This document shows, piece after piece, positions 38,050 to 51,757 of a stretch of 64,000 bases of DNA (the first letter of the stretch is position 1; each line of letters begins with the position of its first letter). Under the pieces are notes generated by a model, which saw nothing but the letters and a program-made list of their open reading frames with translations, did not search any database and was not told where the DNA came from. The DNA is from Epiperipatus broadwayi. Its lineage: Eukaryota; Animalia; Onychophora. The stretch covers positions 3,534,001 through 3,598,000 of the forward strand of contig JAQFVV010000009.1 in the NCBI GenBank assembly GCA_028023455.1, written 5' to 3'. Made by a program: the position numbers and the translations under genes.

Positions 38050-39900
38050 CCATACAAAATTATTTTCAGCTACTCTTTTTAATTCAGCCTAACCCTGAAT
38101 GCCTATGTTGATACTCAACTAAATGGCTAAATAAAATATCTTTTGAGAGTTCCAATAAGTAACTATCTCAAATTAATGCAATTTTTTCCTCCCAACTTTA
38201 TAGATTAGTGATCTTGATTCCCCCTTTTTGATTCATCAGGATCTTAGCATTTAACTTTCCATCCAACTCTCCATCCTTTTCCAACACCACAATTATTTCT
38301 TTCATCAAAAGATTAAAGAATCCATATTTCAGCATTATATAAAGCCAATAATCAAAAATAATTTTATCCTTTTTGGTAATTCTAGATTTAGAGATTTTGA
38401 TGACAATAAGTGTTTTTTTTTAAAAGAATATTTTATCATTATAAACTTTTTATATATCTCTTATTCACAATACGTATTTTCTGTGATTAACTATCCAAGG
38501 CTTTTTAAATGATCTATATATTCATTCCATCAACTCATTTCCAAATCTAATAGAGACAGTAATACAATTTATGATATCAATATTTGTTTTAGTTTTTCTC
38601 CATATATGTACACTTACAAATTGAAAAACAATATTATTTATTTTTTCCATTATCATCACCAATGTTTTAGAACTACCACTAATTATTAGCTGTTTATTCA
38701 CATAATTAACCAATAATATGATATATGTCAACTCACATTTGAAGCCCTTGTTTATCTGATTGCTTTATTTATGGCTTAAGCAAAAAAGTTAAACAAGCAA
38801 AAAACAGCCACATCTCACTTTTTCATTTCTTGAGACAAACAATATTTTAAAATAATTCTATACACTTTCTATATAAAGACTAAAAATGATCTTAAAGAAT
38901 ACATTTGACAATTAATTTCAAATGTGAGATTAGCTTATACCAGAGCATATAATCAAATGCCTTTTCATAGCATAGAAAATAAACATACGGAGATCTATTC
39001 AAGTTTATCAATCTTTCATCAAAACTTTTAATGTTCTGATGGCATCTCTAGTGGATACTTTTATCCTGAAACCAAATTGGTCCTACCCAAAAGCTGTCCC
39101 ACATAATCTTTTATTAATTATTTGAAGCAAAATTTTAAAAGTCTATTGCATTTGCATTATATTTTAATAAATGAATTAACAAGGTACACAAATTCTTCTT
39201 TAGGCCATAAACAATAAGATTGTATAGCCATTCTTGGAATTCCCTTTCAATAATATAAAAAATAGTATTTCCACTTAAAGCATTTTGATATTTTCAATCA
39301 TGTTTTAGGCTCATGTCAATTTTTCATGTAATTTTTACATCTCAAATTTAATGCAAATTGATCATAGACCAAATCACCATTCTTTCTATTATTTTTGTAT
39401 TATTTCTCTATTTTTAGAATTTATCTTCCCCATTATCATATCTTAGTTGCCTTACAATCCTATAAATCTCATTCTTAAGACGTTTACACCTAACTATATC
39501 CATTTCAGTACATATATTTTTCATCATTCTAAAGTTTTTTTTTTTTTTTTGGAATCCTTGATTTTATAATATTCTCCATATAATTAATGTTCAATATTGC
39601 CTCATTTAGTATAAATCTTCCTTATGAATTCAATAAATGTTTACTATATATTCGATCGGATAATCAAACTTTATTAAATCATTTGGAGCCTCAGAATTGT
39701 TTAGACTCTACTTTGAAATTCTCTCTAAACTTTAATCCCTTTTTAAACTCTTAATTTTATTATAATCTTGTTATGATAAAAAACAGTGTCTGGTTATTAA
39801 AAAGTAATTGATTTCAATACCTGGTTTCATTATATATGCTTAACTAAAATGTAATTCATATAATACCAAAAGGAATTTTAAATCAAGTGCTAATGATGAA
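38050..39900 (-). mobile_element. Decayed RTE-like LINE
   Basis: Remnants QFGFRIKVSTRDAIRTL, YEKAFD-like TATGAAAAGGCATTTGAT, and a Y-x-AE-x-W motif near 38330. Confidence 0.7.
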
Positions 39901-40949
39901 CAAATTACCTTGATTCAAATCCCAATAAGCCTTTGTTTATGACTGTTTTTATTTTCAAACCATTCTTATATTAGCATTGTAATTGTTCATTGTATTAACA
40001 TTTTCCTTGGATTTTCATCTGTGTAAAATCATTTCCAGGTGATCATAAATCACCTCAACTCTATCATCACTGACTTTTGTTACAAGTATACAAAAACTGT
40101 ATCACTATTAAGTTTACCAATATTTCTGCAAATCAAGCCTTAATCAACCTATTTCTTACCATAAATGCTTTATTTTGGGACATATTCATAGGTTATATTT
40201 ACTTATTTTATTTTTTATATTTTACCTTCAATTGTATTTTTTTTTTAAAAAAAATTCAATATTTATTTTTATGTTAAATTTTATAAGACCCATTCATTCA
40301 AAATTGGAAATAATTTAAAAATAAAATATTGACTTTGCAAAATTAAAAAAAAACAGAAACAAAACAATCAACGCAAAAGATTTCATTTCATTTTTCAATC
40401 TAAAAAATATATTTAAAAAAAAAAAAGAAACATTCCTAACTAAATCTTTATGTTTTATGTAAATTTTATTAAAATAAATATTCTAAAATTGAAATTAATA
40501 TTAGAAATATTAAAAATTAACTTTCCAATTAAATAAACAGTAAAAAATAATAAAATTATTAACAAAATGTTTTATTATTGATGCCATATAAAATTTTAAC
40601 TAATTAATTTTCTTCTAAAACTAAATATATTCAAACAAAAACTAAATGTAATACCACCTATTTATTGAAAAAATAAATATTAAATAATTTCACACATATA
40701 AAAAAGAAACTAAACAAGTAAAATATAAATTTCTTTTCTGTTATTATGGTATCACCAAAAATCTTTATAGAGAAATACAGAATTGAATTTCTTTATAGTA
40801 GAGATTCTTTAAAGAATATTATACTTTCCCCTTTGGATTATTGATAGATGCTGACATATAAACAAGTATTAATTTATTAAATATTTCAAATGTGAATGTT
40901 ACTAAAAATTTAAATCTTCATTGAATGTTTTTATCACCATGTGATATAA

Positions 40950-41260
40950 ATGAATTATTGCAGTTAAAATCACTTATAACCTAACATATCTGTGCTTGTA
41001 TAAAAAATCATCCATGACCAAAGAATACATTTCCTGTCTATTAGCCACTGAATGCATTTCTCAGTAGCCATCATTTAAAAATTCAACTTCACTGATCCAT
41101 CTAGTTTTAAATGTCATCAATATGTTTATTCATATTCTCTCCTTTGCTTGTTTTAAGTTTTCCAATTTTTTCACTTTCTACATTATTTTCACATTCTGTA
41201 TTGTTATTTTATCATAGAGATATCTCTAATTGGTGATCTGGGAAGCCCTAATTTTTTCTT
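40950..41260 (-). mobile_element. Possible hAT transposase relic
   Basis: LMTFKTRWISEVEFL contains a TRW motif as in hAT transposases. The rest is heavily decayed. Confidence 0.25.
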
Positions 41261-41949
41261 ACTGAACTAATCCCACTTTCCAAATTATAGAGATCCTAGG
41301 GATCAGTGGTAATTAATAAATTATCCATATTATATTCAAATACCAAAAGAAATATTTGAAAAATAATGTCATGGTTTCTTGTTACTCTTTATATGAATTT
41401 CATTGCTAGTAACTTCAAATGATTAAAAGTGGTATATATACAAACCCTATTAAAGTTATTTTAGCAACTTCTTTATGATGATTTTGAGAAATTCTGTTAC
41501 TATATTCCAAGAATATGATTACTTTGCATTCTTATCCAATGGGAACTTTTTTCTTATCCATTTATGAAGTCATTGAACATTTTTGCCAGTAAACAGATAT
41601 AGACTTTTTTCAGAATATTATCAACCAAATCTAGTGAACCCAGTTTTCTTCCTTCTTTTTTATTCAAACTTAGGACTTGAATTAGTGTAGATACATACAT
41701 GTGAATGTACTATGGTGATCTTATTCTGGACTAAACTGATTACAGTTAGCCAAAAATACTAAAGTCAATGATTTTTTTAGGGTTGGAAATTAATTCATAT
41801 TATAAATATGGTGATGGTGAAACTGATATAGAAAATTAATAGCATTAAGAAAAAAATTTTAAGATAGAATCAAGAGTTTTACAATTTCCAAATAATTTAA
41901 TATATTTCAGAAAATGCTTTGAGCAAGTTTTAAGGAAGATCACTACTAA

Positions 41950-43120
41950 GGCTGACCCTGAATGGAAGACAAAGAAAATAATATTATTAAAGACTGCTGA
42001 AAACTGGTTGTGCAAAACAATGGGAATAATAGAAAATCATGGATTATTGAAAAAATTCTGAATATAGAATACATTTTAAAATAATGAATTAAATATAAGA
42101 ACTGAAATGAGTAAGATATGATAAACATCTTGAGAATAAGATTCAGAGGGACTGTAAACTAATTAAAATATTGTGGTGGAAAGATAAATGTTTAGAATTG
42201 CATCAAAGTCACAGAACAAAATGACTTATTAGAAGATGAATCAATTTAGTATAAAAAGTGGAAATATTTTCTGATGTTTTAAAACAGGAGGATAATGAAT
42301 TAGTCCATGATCAGTATTCATTAAACCTAACAGTTTAGAGTTACATGAAAAAACTATATGAAGAATCTAATGACTAAAATACTGATATTGATTTTTGTTT
42401 TATTTCTATTGGAGGAATTCAACAAAACATTATTAACTCCAATTATTGGTAGTATCTTTGGCATTAATGGAAATGGGTAGTGTTTTAATCCAAGATCATC
42501 TATACAATGATTTGAAGAATACTATTTTCCCTTATAATTACATTGGCTAAAAGACAATGTAAAGATTGTAAGGATTATCTAAAACATTGCTTCAGATAAT
42601 CAAGAAGAGCTTGGATCAGGACAGGGAGCAATTTCTGGACATGACCTAAATTAAATGTCAATGGGATATTAAATATTTTGGGGAAAAAGAAATGCTAAAC
42701 TTGAATAGATATATTTATATATTGTGAAAAGGCATTTGATTATGTGATGTAAAATATAATATGACCCAATTTCAAAATAGGTTTCCCAAATGCATGTCAT
42801 TATAGAAATGATATTTCTAAATTCATAGTAAAATATAGCATGTATCAGACAGTGTGTGTCAAATAAAAAAACATGTTTGTCTTTTGACTGTTTAAAAATT
42901 TTACTCAGGTTAAAGAATAAGATAGTCAGATAAACAAAGGTGAGTTTAAGTGTGGACAATCACATGCAGATGATTAAATAATAATTACTAATAGTCTTAA
43001 AATGTTGATGATTTTATTTAGGAAATGAAATGGTGGATGCCTTAATAAAATGGTCAATTTTTAAGAGGAATATTGGTATTTTGGCTTCTTAAACTAAAAA
43101 TAGTGAACTATTAGCATTAA
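41950..43120 (+). mobile_element. Decayed RTE-like LINE RT fragment
   Basis: GAAAAGGCATTTGAT (EKAFD) is preceded by a Q-x-G-F-R-like segment. There are many stops and indels. Confidence 0.6.
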
Positions 43121-43171
43121 GACAGAAAGTATTATAAGCTCTATTTTTAATATTATAATAAAATGTTTTAA

Positions 43172-43911
43172 TTATAAATTTTATTAAATGCACATTATTA
43201 TATTAAGTAATATTTACTAAGGCTGTAACCTTTAGGAATAAGCATCTGAAAAATTCGAAGGTAGGGACTTCTACAGGTCTTAGCCACAAGCTTATGCTAG
43301 GAAGAAAAGAGGGAAACATTCTTTACTTCAACCTACTTTTTTTATTATATTATTATATTAATGAAGTATTGAATAGCTTCACACTCTTAGATCTAACCAC
43401 TTCAGCTTCACCTATTCATATATAAAAAAAAGTAGGTTGAAGTAAAGAAGGTTTCCCTCTTTTCTTCCTAGCGTAAGCTTGTGGCTAAGACCTGTAGAGG
43501 TCCCTACCTTCAAATTTTTCAGATGCTTATTCCTAAAGGTTACAGCCTTAGTAAATATTACTTAATATAATAATGTGCGTTTAATAAAATTTATAATTAC
43601 AACTTTAAATTATCGTAATAAATTTCTTACTATAAGATCTTTCCATTGACTAGTTGTAAATCGTAAGATTTTGTGAGTATTAATGTATAATAAGAATTGT
43701 GGACTTAATTAGTGAAGTACTGAATAGCTTCACACTCTTAGATCTAACCACTTCAGCTTCACCTATTCATATATAAAAAAAAAAGTAGGTTGAAGTAAAG
43801 AAGGTTTCCCTCTTTTCTTCCTAGCGTAAGCTTGTGGCTAAGATCTGTAGACGTCCCTATCTTCGAATTTTTCAGATGCTTATTCCTAAAGGTTACAGCC
43901 TTAGTAAATAT
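43172..43911. mobile_element. Young composite non-coding insertion: inverted 5' segment plus 1.6 tandem copies of a 351-bp unit, with a perfect 16-bp TSD
   Basis: 43172-43343 is the reverse complement of 43424-43596, and 43362-43558 is repeated at 43713-43911. TAATAAAATGTTTTAA occurs at 43156-43171 and 43912-43927. Confidence 0.9.
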
Positions 43912-44399
43912 TAATAAAATGTTTTAAAAACCAAATTCTATATACATATAAATAAAATTTAAAATGGTTTTAAATAGCCCATTGCAGAGCAAAATCTTCC
44001 CTCTAAAAAGGAACAATAAATTGAAAGCCACTACTACTTACTAGACTTTTCCAGCTATTGAATGATAAAGATTTATGGTTTTTTTTTGTTTGTTTGAAAA
44101 ACAGTTGAGTGATCTTATGATATAGAATGTTAGTGCATCTTTCTGTTATGCACATGACTTGGGGCTTGAATCTGGGTCAGATAAAGCTTGAAATCATTTT
44201 TTTTTATTAAGTTACAAGTGAATTTACGATTATTCTTTCAGTCAGCTAGTTCATAACTAATTTAGTTAGCCATCCAATTTTAACTTGGTAAATGAATACC
44301 TAGTTATTAAATCTACATATCCAACATCAGCATTAAAAAGGGCAATATCTCTCTAATATAAAAATTAAAACAAAGTATTTTCATATGTAAAATTTTATA

Positions 44400-46210
44400 T
44401 GTCAGTATTTTTAAATTAAATAAAAGAAGCCGCATAATGACTGAGAACTCACCTTTAACCTCTAATAAAGCTTCGTTAGAGTTTATTACTATGTAAACAA
44501 AAATGGAAGCAAATTTAAACTTCAAAGGATAATAAAATTAGCTTTGCGTTTTATGATCGATTTTATAAATCACTTGATTGTTGTTGAGACTGCTCTGGGG
44601 AAATAAGAAAATAAATTTGCTTTACCTTTATCTCAACTTTGTTTTATGTGATTATTTTACTTTAATATATGTGAGTGAATATATATATATTGTTATTCAA
44701 TATTATCATTACTTTGCAGCTTAAGACAAAAGTTGCAGTTGAAAAATTGAAATTTGCGATTCTTAAAAAGTTTTTATCTAGAATAATATTAATAAGATGA
44801 AAGTAACTTTTAAACTCAATTTCTCTCAGTAGATGTATACATAAAGTGACTGAGTTGAGTTATAAGACTTGCTTTTAAAAAGTTAAGTGATGTTAAATAT
44901 TTTGGGAAATCAAATGATATTTCATTCCGAGTAGCAATTATTACATAATAATTCCAATAAAAATCTAGTTTGGATTTCTTTTTTATTTTTATCACCTAAA
45001 AATTGGCTTAGAATCAAGTGCTTTTGACTCGATCAATTTTACTACTGAACGAAAGGCTCAGAACAATTTTCATAAAGAAAAATATAAAAGAAAAAATTCT
45101 TATTCTGCATGTTTACACGATTATAAATAATGGACGAATATTATCTGCTGCCAATGTTTTTTTATGTGTAAGGCATCCTATATTTAAATAACATAAATTT
45201 TTAGATATATTTAATACTTTTGAGTGAATGCAAATAATTTGTGATTAGTAGATTAAGTTATAATAGTTTGGGATTGATAAATATTGAACAAAAATGATGA
45301 AGCCCATATAAAAAGATGAGATTTAGCCAATTGAAAAGTGCTGTTTCAGTGAGAAATGCATCTTGGAATACCTTACTTTTTTTCATATATTTTTACTTAT
45401 GTATTTTAAGTATGTTGAAATAAAAGTTTTAAGTATATCTAAGATACTATACGTGAGGGAGAAGAAAGATTGAAGTTGGATTAATGATACCACGTCGTTT
45501 ATTTAATAAAAATAGAAATGTTAACTTTATATCTAATTTAAAAATATGATAATTTTTAGCTTAATAAATAATTAGTAATAACTATTAGTGCATTTATTTA
45601 AAAATAATATCAAGTGTAGGAGTGCACGAATTTGCCACTTGTAGATTTAATATAAAGTTTCACATAAAATATTAAGATCAAAATGATTTAAAAAAAGTGT
45701 TGTGATTTTTTCTTTTTCAACTTTATTTTAATTTTCTATCAAGCAATGCATTTTTTTTATATATAAAAAAAGAAGCATTAATATATTGAGGATTTATATT
45801 TTGATTATTCAACTTAAATATTAAAGCATTTATTCCATTAAATCAAAAGGCGTCACTTAATATTTATACCAAATTCAAGAAACTATAATAATCATTTCAG
45901 ATTCAGTTAACAAATAGAAAACGTTGACTATACATATAAAATAATTTACTTATGTTTTTAATAAGCAGCTTAGTTTTTAATTCACTTATGGTTCGTAATT
46001 TATATATTGCGCTTGAAACGCACATTCGTGAAGCTATATTAAAAGTTCAAAATTCTTTAGCGCTTTCGGGAGCTTCCTGATTCCATATTCATAGCTTATA
46101 ATAATACTGTTTGTTGTTAGTTTGTTGGATATGCGTTTCAAGCGCAATATATAGATTATGTTTTTAATGTTTAGCAAATATTTAAGTCGACTGATGGCCA
46201 GCATTAGGTA
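44400..46210. promoter_or_regulatory. CpG-retaining promoter-like island, possibly bidirectional
   Basis: Sustained CpG density. Minus-strand donor AAG|GTGAGT at 44453/44452 (non-coding first exon). Plus-strand ATGGCCAGCATTAG|GTATTC at 46194-46213. Confidence 0.6.
46001..46153. repeat. Perfect 22-bp inverted repeat enclosing 109 bp
   Basis: TATATATTGCGCTTGAAACGCA (46001-46022) and TGCGTTTCAAGCGCAATATATA (46132-46153). Confidence 0.95.
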
Positions 46211-46589
46211 TTCAACAAGTGCTATCCATATCTTGGTCAAAGTAATAATTTTTTTTGCTTATGTTGACAATTAATTGTCTTCATTAGTCACAATATAATA
46301 ACTATCCTCATTATTCACAAATACAGTGATTTTATTTATATACAAAAGTGGTGGATAGTGGAATGACCTTTGGACAAAGTAAGTAATTGTGAATGGGTAC
46401 TAAACAGTGCCTGATCAAGAGTTCTTTCTGCTGACTTGTAGAACAGAATGTTGATTCATAAAAGGCTAAATATTGTTTCTGAAACAAACAATCATTTCAT
46501 TCTCTGTCTTTTTTTTCTTCTTCAGTCATTTAAGCAAGTGTAAGGTCCAATCATCATGAGAAACTCTTATCATTGGTCATATATATAAA

Positions 46590-47420
46590 TTGTAATGGTA
46601 TGATATGTGGAAGTAGGTATAAAATGGATATGGAGTTGATTTAAATATATCTACCTCATATATATATTCCAAAATGAGAGACATATATGAAGAATCTATC
46701 ATTTTTATGCCCCATAAGCTAGAAATTCTATTAATATTTATGGAATTTATAATTTAAGAATATAAAACTATGCTTGATGACAATAAAGTCATATGTATGT
46801 AAACCTAATTCCCTCATTCACACTATCACAATCTGAATTTATTTGGTTAGTAAATATTGCTAACTCTTAAGTCTAAATCTACCATCGATAAATAATTCTT
46901 GTAATATGGATGACTGTTCTATTGTATAGACCTATCTGAGCAATATAAAATGAAATAACTAAAGCTATGGTTTTAATTTAATAGATAAAAATTTTATTTA
47001 CATTAGTAACTAGAAAGAATGTCATAAAATTGCATATTAAAATATCATTAGTTTATAATAACTAATATATGTGTACTTACACTATGAGTAAATTTAAACA
47101 CAGTATTTAGTTTGGATTAAAGGAAGATACACATTTAACTTAACTTTGCTGATAATAATTTAATATTGAGAATTATTAACTTATTATGGTCTATGTTGGG
47201 GTTAAACTTAAATAAGTTATCTTGGCAAGTATTGTTCAATAATTATTTATCCTTTTGTTGTTCAAAGCAGTTTCCTTTAATTGAATGTGTAAATGTGGTT
47301 GTTTACTTTATATAACTCTAACCATGAAAACATTCTTTAACACTTGTATATAATATAAGTTAAATAAAATTAAGACAAAAACTTGAAGACATCACTAAAA
47401 TCAAATATTCATTATATTGG
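46590..47420 (+). repeat. About 800-bp dispersed direct repeat, copy 1 (copy 2 at 54743-55532)
   Basis: Co-linear alignment with long identical blocks, e.g. TTATGGTCTATGTTGGGGTTAAACTTAAATAAGTTATCTTGGCAAG. Identity is about 85% by eye. Confidence 0.92.
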
Positions 47421-50226
47421 GGAAATAGGTCAAATTGGTATAAGAATTTGTAGGTATCCAAAATGAAATGATAATAGCACTAGAGAATTTGGCTGCAGTC
47501 TCTAGGATAATCCAATATAATCTATTTCATACTACTTCTATTGTTTTCATTCCTTTATATATATATATATATATGAAATCAACTTCAGTACATATATGAA
47601 TCTATCCAAAGATAAATTTTAATAATCACTGATTCCTGTGTTATCTAATAAGCTTGTAGTATCATAATTTTTTTTAATATCAGCTATAAGTATTCATATA
47701 TTTACTATATTATTCACAAACATTGTAATATAGTTATCTAACATTTACATAATAAGTATGTTTCCAGTGGAATGTAATAAAATACATCTGATAGGTGACA
47801 TTATTCTCATGACTAAAACTTGGTGTGCTTGATATTCTTTTATTTGTTCTTTTTTTTATATAGTAAACAATTCTTAAGATAGTTGTTTAAAATTAATTTG
47901 GTTTCTTCTATGAAATCAACATTTCATTTTATTTATAACAGCCAACACATTACTCCTAATATATATGCAATTATTTTGTTTTATATACTATGTTCCAAAT
48001 TCAAATGGCAATTTGAATGAATATTATACTAAAAGCAAGAATGAATTTGTAATGCATTGAAAGTCATGGTTTCTATTCATTGGATGACTTTAATTTAAAT
48101 CCATGGTCCTTAGGAAACAGATGTCAAAATATTTGAATCAAGCAATTCATTTTCATTGCTGGTTTTATGAAGAAAGACGTAAGTAGAATACACTAATTAA
48201 AATATAGTTACCTTTAGGAAGTTTATAGGAATGTATCTCACCCAAAAATAATATAAGTACCCAATAAAGTTAATAAAACAGTTTCCTTTTGATATGACTT
48301 ATAGATCTGTTATTTTCATGAAAAATAGAATATCTTTTCATAATTTCATTTCTTGTTGCTATATTACTTTTTTTCTCATGGATTTCACCCAATTATCACT
48401 TTAAACAATTGACATAATAATATTTATATAATATCAAATATACCTGCACACATACATATATGTAAATTATTACATATGAGGTGTAACATGCTTAATCATT
48501 CATTAAAGTGCAAGTAAATAATATTATTTTAACAAAATAATTTTCCTAAAATGAAAGTATTTTATTTTTTTCTTTTCTATTAGTGATTTCAAATACAGTG
48601 TGATCGCAAGTTAAAATTGTTATTAAAATTTTACAGTACTAAATATTTGTACTAACTACATTCTGATAATCCTTCATTGATTTTAATTTTGAACTACTTT
48701 TAACCAAAATAAGTAACAAAAAATACAGGTTAAAATATTAATTAAAATCTTGTGTTTGGTGTCATGTTTTGCCAGTTAAAGTAGTATAATGGTACAAACT
48801 CAGGGATAGATCTGAAGTGATGGAAATCATTATCATCATTAACATCAGGTTAACACATCAATCTAAATTTAAATATACAAATAATAGCATGAATAAATAT
48901 AAAAGAGCAGCAAGAAAACTAATTATAAGTTCATCAGAATTACATAGAAAAATAATAATCATTCATCATCATGAATGATCAAGTGATTGAATATAGACCA
49001 GACAAATTATTTAGCCCTTGCTAAACTTGGGGTAGATTATATATACAATAATTTGGATGCACAAACTTGAGTGCTAATCCATTACAATATAACAATTACA
49101 AAAATAATGCTGGGATACAAAAACATGCTGATCATTATCAATGCCCTGTGGTCACTTAGAAACTTAATTTTTAATTAATACTAAAATAAAATTTAATGCA
49201 TGGATATTAAAGGATATATCTTTGCACCATTCAGCATTAGAGAAGTAATGAAATCATCATCAACTCGCTGTCCACAACACTAAACATAACCCTAATCCAT
49301 ATAACTGACAGTTATGCATGAATCCAGTTCAGGGAACAAGATCTCTACAACTGTTACTGTGAACAAGAAATAGCATCTACATATAATATTTCAAACTTAC
49401 TTTATGATTAAATGAATTCACTGGAATAACTTAATGAAATGTAAATTTATTAATAACAATAATAATAAAATAAAAGTTTGCTTAGTCCACTATAAATTCA
49501 GTATTCTAATTTTGATTTAAATACACAAAAATATGCTATTACATTGTAATTTACATATATCTCAATATGTTTGCATGGAACACACCTATATATGTAAGCA
49601 CTCAGATACCCTATATAATAATTTAAAATTAACATCTTTAAATTGTTATAAACCAATAATAAAAATTCTTCTTTATAATACATAATACTTAATTTTAACA
49701 TATATGTGGTTGATGACTGATTTTAATATATATGGGTATAAAACCATTCAAATGTGTGCACGCACAGGCATTTATATAAAAAAACTTATTAAAGTCATAT
49801 TTTATTTATTAATTCCATGTTAATATATATATATAAAATCAATGTGTACATATGTGCATATTTCTATTATTTTCTTATAAATCAATGTTATTAGTACATT
49901 TTAAGTAAAAGTTTTTTTTTTAAAAAAAAAAAAAAAAATATCACTAGATCCAGTTTGGAAAGTTTTTTAAAATTCAGGCTTTTGGATCTTCATTTACAAT
50001 AAAGATTTCCGAGTTTATTTTTTAAAAAAAATTAAACATTTCAAAAGTAAAAGACAAACCAAAAATAAAAACTCTGTTTTTAGATGTATAATTCAAGCAA
50101 AACTTATTTACTTTTAAAACTTGTAATTTTAAGATTTTTAACTGCAAATAATTTAAAATGATGTAATTTTTCAATAAAATTATTTACCAAATTATATGTT
50201 TGTGAAGAAGGTCTGCTGTGCACACT

Positions 50227-50544
50227 CTAAATATATGATGCAGTAACTTTGTCAGGGTTTCCCTGCCTATAGATAAAGCAGCATATGCATAAAGTCATAA
50301 CAATGAAATCTCTTGGTAAGCCAGCTTTTCATTCTAAAGCAGTAGACTGGCTTATTGACATCTTTGGAAAAGGTATAAATTGGGTAATTGTTGATATTCA
50401 ATCAGCTCCATCCTGTCCATGACTTGATAGATTTCAAGGCATGCCATTTAATGCACACATATGGCACATGGACCACATAAAAGCTGGAACCTTTCATGTG
50501 AATTCAAACTCTTCCATAATTGCATTAGCAGCAGCAGCTGGATA
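50227..50544 (-). pseudogene. GC-richer coding-like relic: 106-codon frame interrupted only by four TGA codons
   Basis: YPAAAANAIMEEFEFT*KVPAFMWSMCHMCALNGMP*NLSSHGQDGAD*ISTITQFIPFPKMSISQSTALE*KAGLPRDF...; no family recognised. Confidence 0.35.
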
Positions 50545-51054
50545 AACACTCTCTTGCCTTCAGTTATAATTTCATAAATCATATTTCTGGAAAACTGTTG
50601 TTAAGAGTCATGAATGATTCAAATCCATCTTTTTATAGTATATTGTGGAATGTTAAAACAATAATTAAAAATAAGTTTTCTTTATTTTGATTTTAAAAAA
50701 GTTAATGACACTTTTTCCTTTTTTAATTCACCTTAATTAAATATCAAATTTTTATCTAAAAGTCTTTCTTAATCCTTTCAACATCTCTGTATAATTTTTA
50801 TCAAAATATGTTATATAAGCTTTAATTAAAATGTTTTTCTTAATCTAAGCAAAATAGATAGTGAAATTTTATAATTCCCAGTATATCTATTGTAACATAA
50901 GAATATGCTTATTTTAATTATCAAAATCAGAGTAAAACAATAAAAAATCTTTTTAATTGCTTAACTTATAATACTTTTTTAATTTCAAAATTATTATTTA
51001 TCTGTTACTTATTCCAGTATAATATAGAAAATATCTACAAAAAATTGTTTGTAA

Positions 51055-51113
51055 TTATAAATTTATTAAATGCACATTGATTACGTAAGTAATATTTACT
51101 GAGGCTATAACCT
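51055..51113. repeat. Short fragment of the 43172-43911 family
   Basis: TAATTATAAATTTATTAAATGCACATT...AGTAATATTTACTGAGGCTATAACCT matches 43169-43231. Confidence 0.8.
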
Positions 51114-51457
51114 CGATTGTTTGTGTTTATTTCTACTTTTCCTTTCAACTTTATATATATGTGCACACATACTACTATATTGTTGTATGCCATGAGATGC
51201 ATAACCATTCCAGAAAGTTATCAATTGACAGCTTTAATGATTATTATTTCAAAGTGAAATAACCAGTTGACATCTAAAAATTTTTTTAAATACTATACAT
51301 ACGTAATCATATTTTTGAAGGACTTTCCCAAATAACATATATCCTTCCACTGAAAAATTAAAAAAAAAAACTAAAAACATCTTAAATTTCTTCTACACGT
51401 TTTATTAAATTTAACGGACAAATCTGAAATTGTATTCTTATTATACTCTCAAGGTTT

Positions 51458-51757
51458 CTAATTGTTTTCCTTGTTGCTATTTCTATAAATGGCAATTGCA
51501 TCATTACTCATGGGACTTATTTGATCATTAAAAAGTATTGGCTTGGAATCCAAAAAAGTTTGAGATACAACTTGAATGGGCTTTGCAAGAATACACTTGC
51601 AGAGTGGATTGACATCACAAAAAAGAAAATATCTTGCTAATTTGATTAAAATAATATTATCTTCTTTTAGACTAAAAATAACTGCAATATTCCAATTTTT
51701 GGCATTGCACATGCAATAATGGCAAGTAATAACAACAATAAAATGATGTGATACCAA
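51458..51757 (-). CDS. Open frame (99 aa), possible exon of unknown gene or relic
   Basis: Non-low-complexity peptide LKEDNIILIKLARYFLFCDVNPLCKCILAKPIQVVSQTFLDSKP with a possible acceptor ttatttttag|. No homology recognised. Confidence 0.2.
   Translation of the reverse strand: MVSHHFIVVITCHYCMCNAKNWNIAVIFSLKEDNIILIKLARYFLFCDVNPLCKCILAKPIQVVSQTFLDSKPILFNDQISPMSNDAIAIYRNSNKENN

Noticed and set aside
38741-38779. 39-nt minus-strand exon with good splice sites
   Set aside because: It lies within a decayed LINE region and cannot be linked to other exons.
43172-43911. Hammerhead in the 351-bp unit
   Set aside because: Only CTGAAAA, CTGAATA and CTGAAGT were found, with no correctly placed GAAA.
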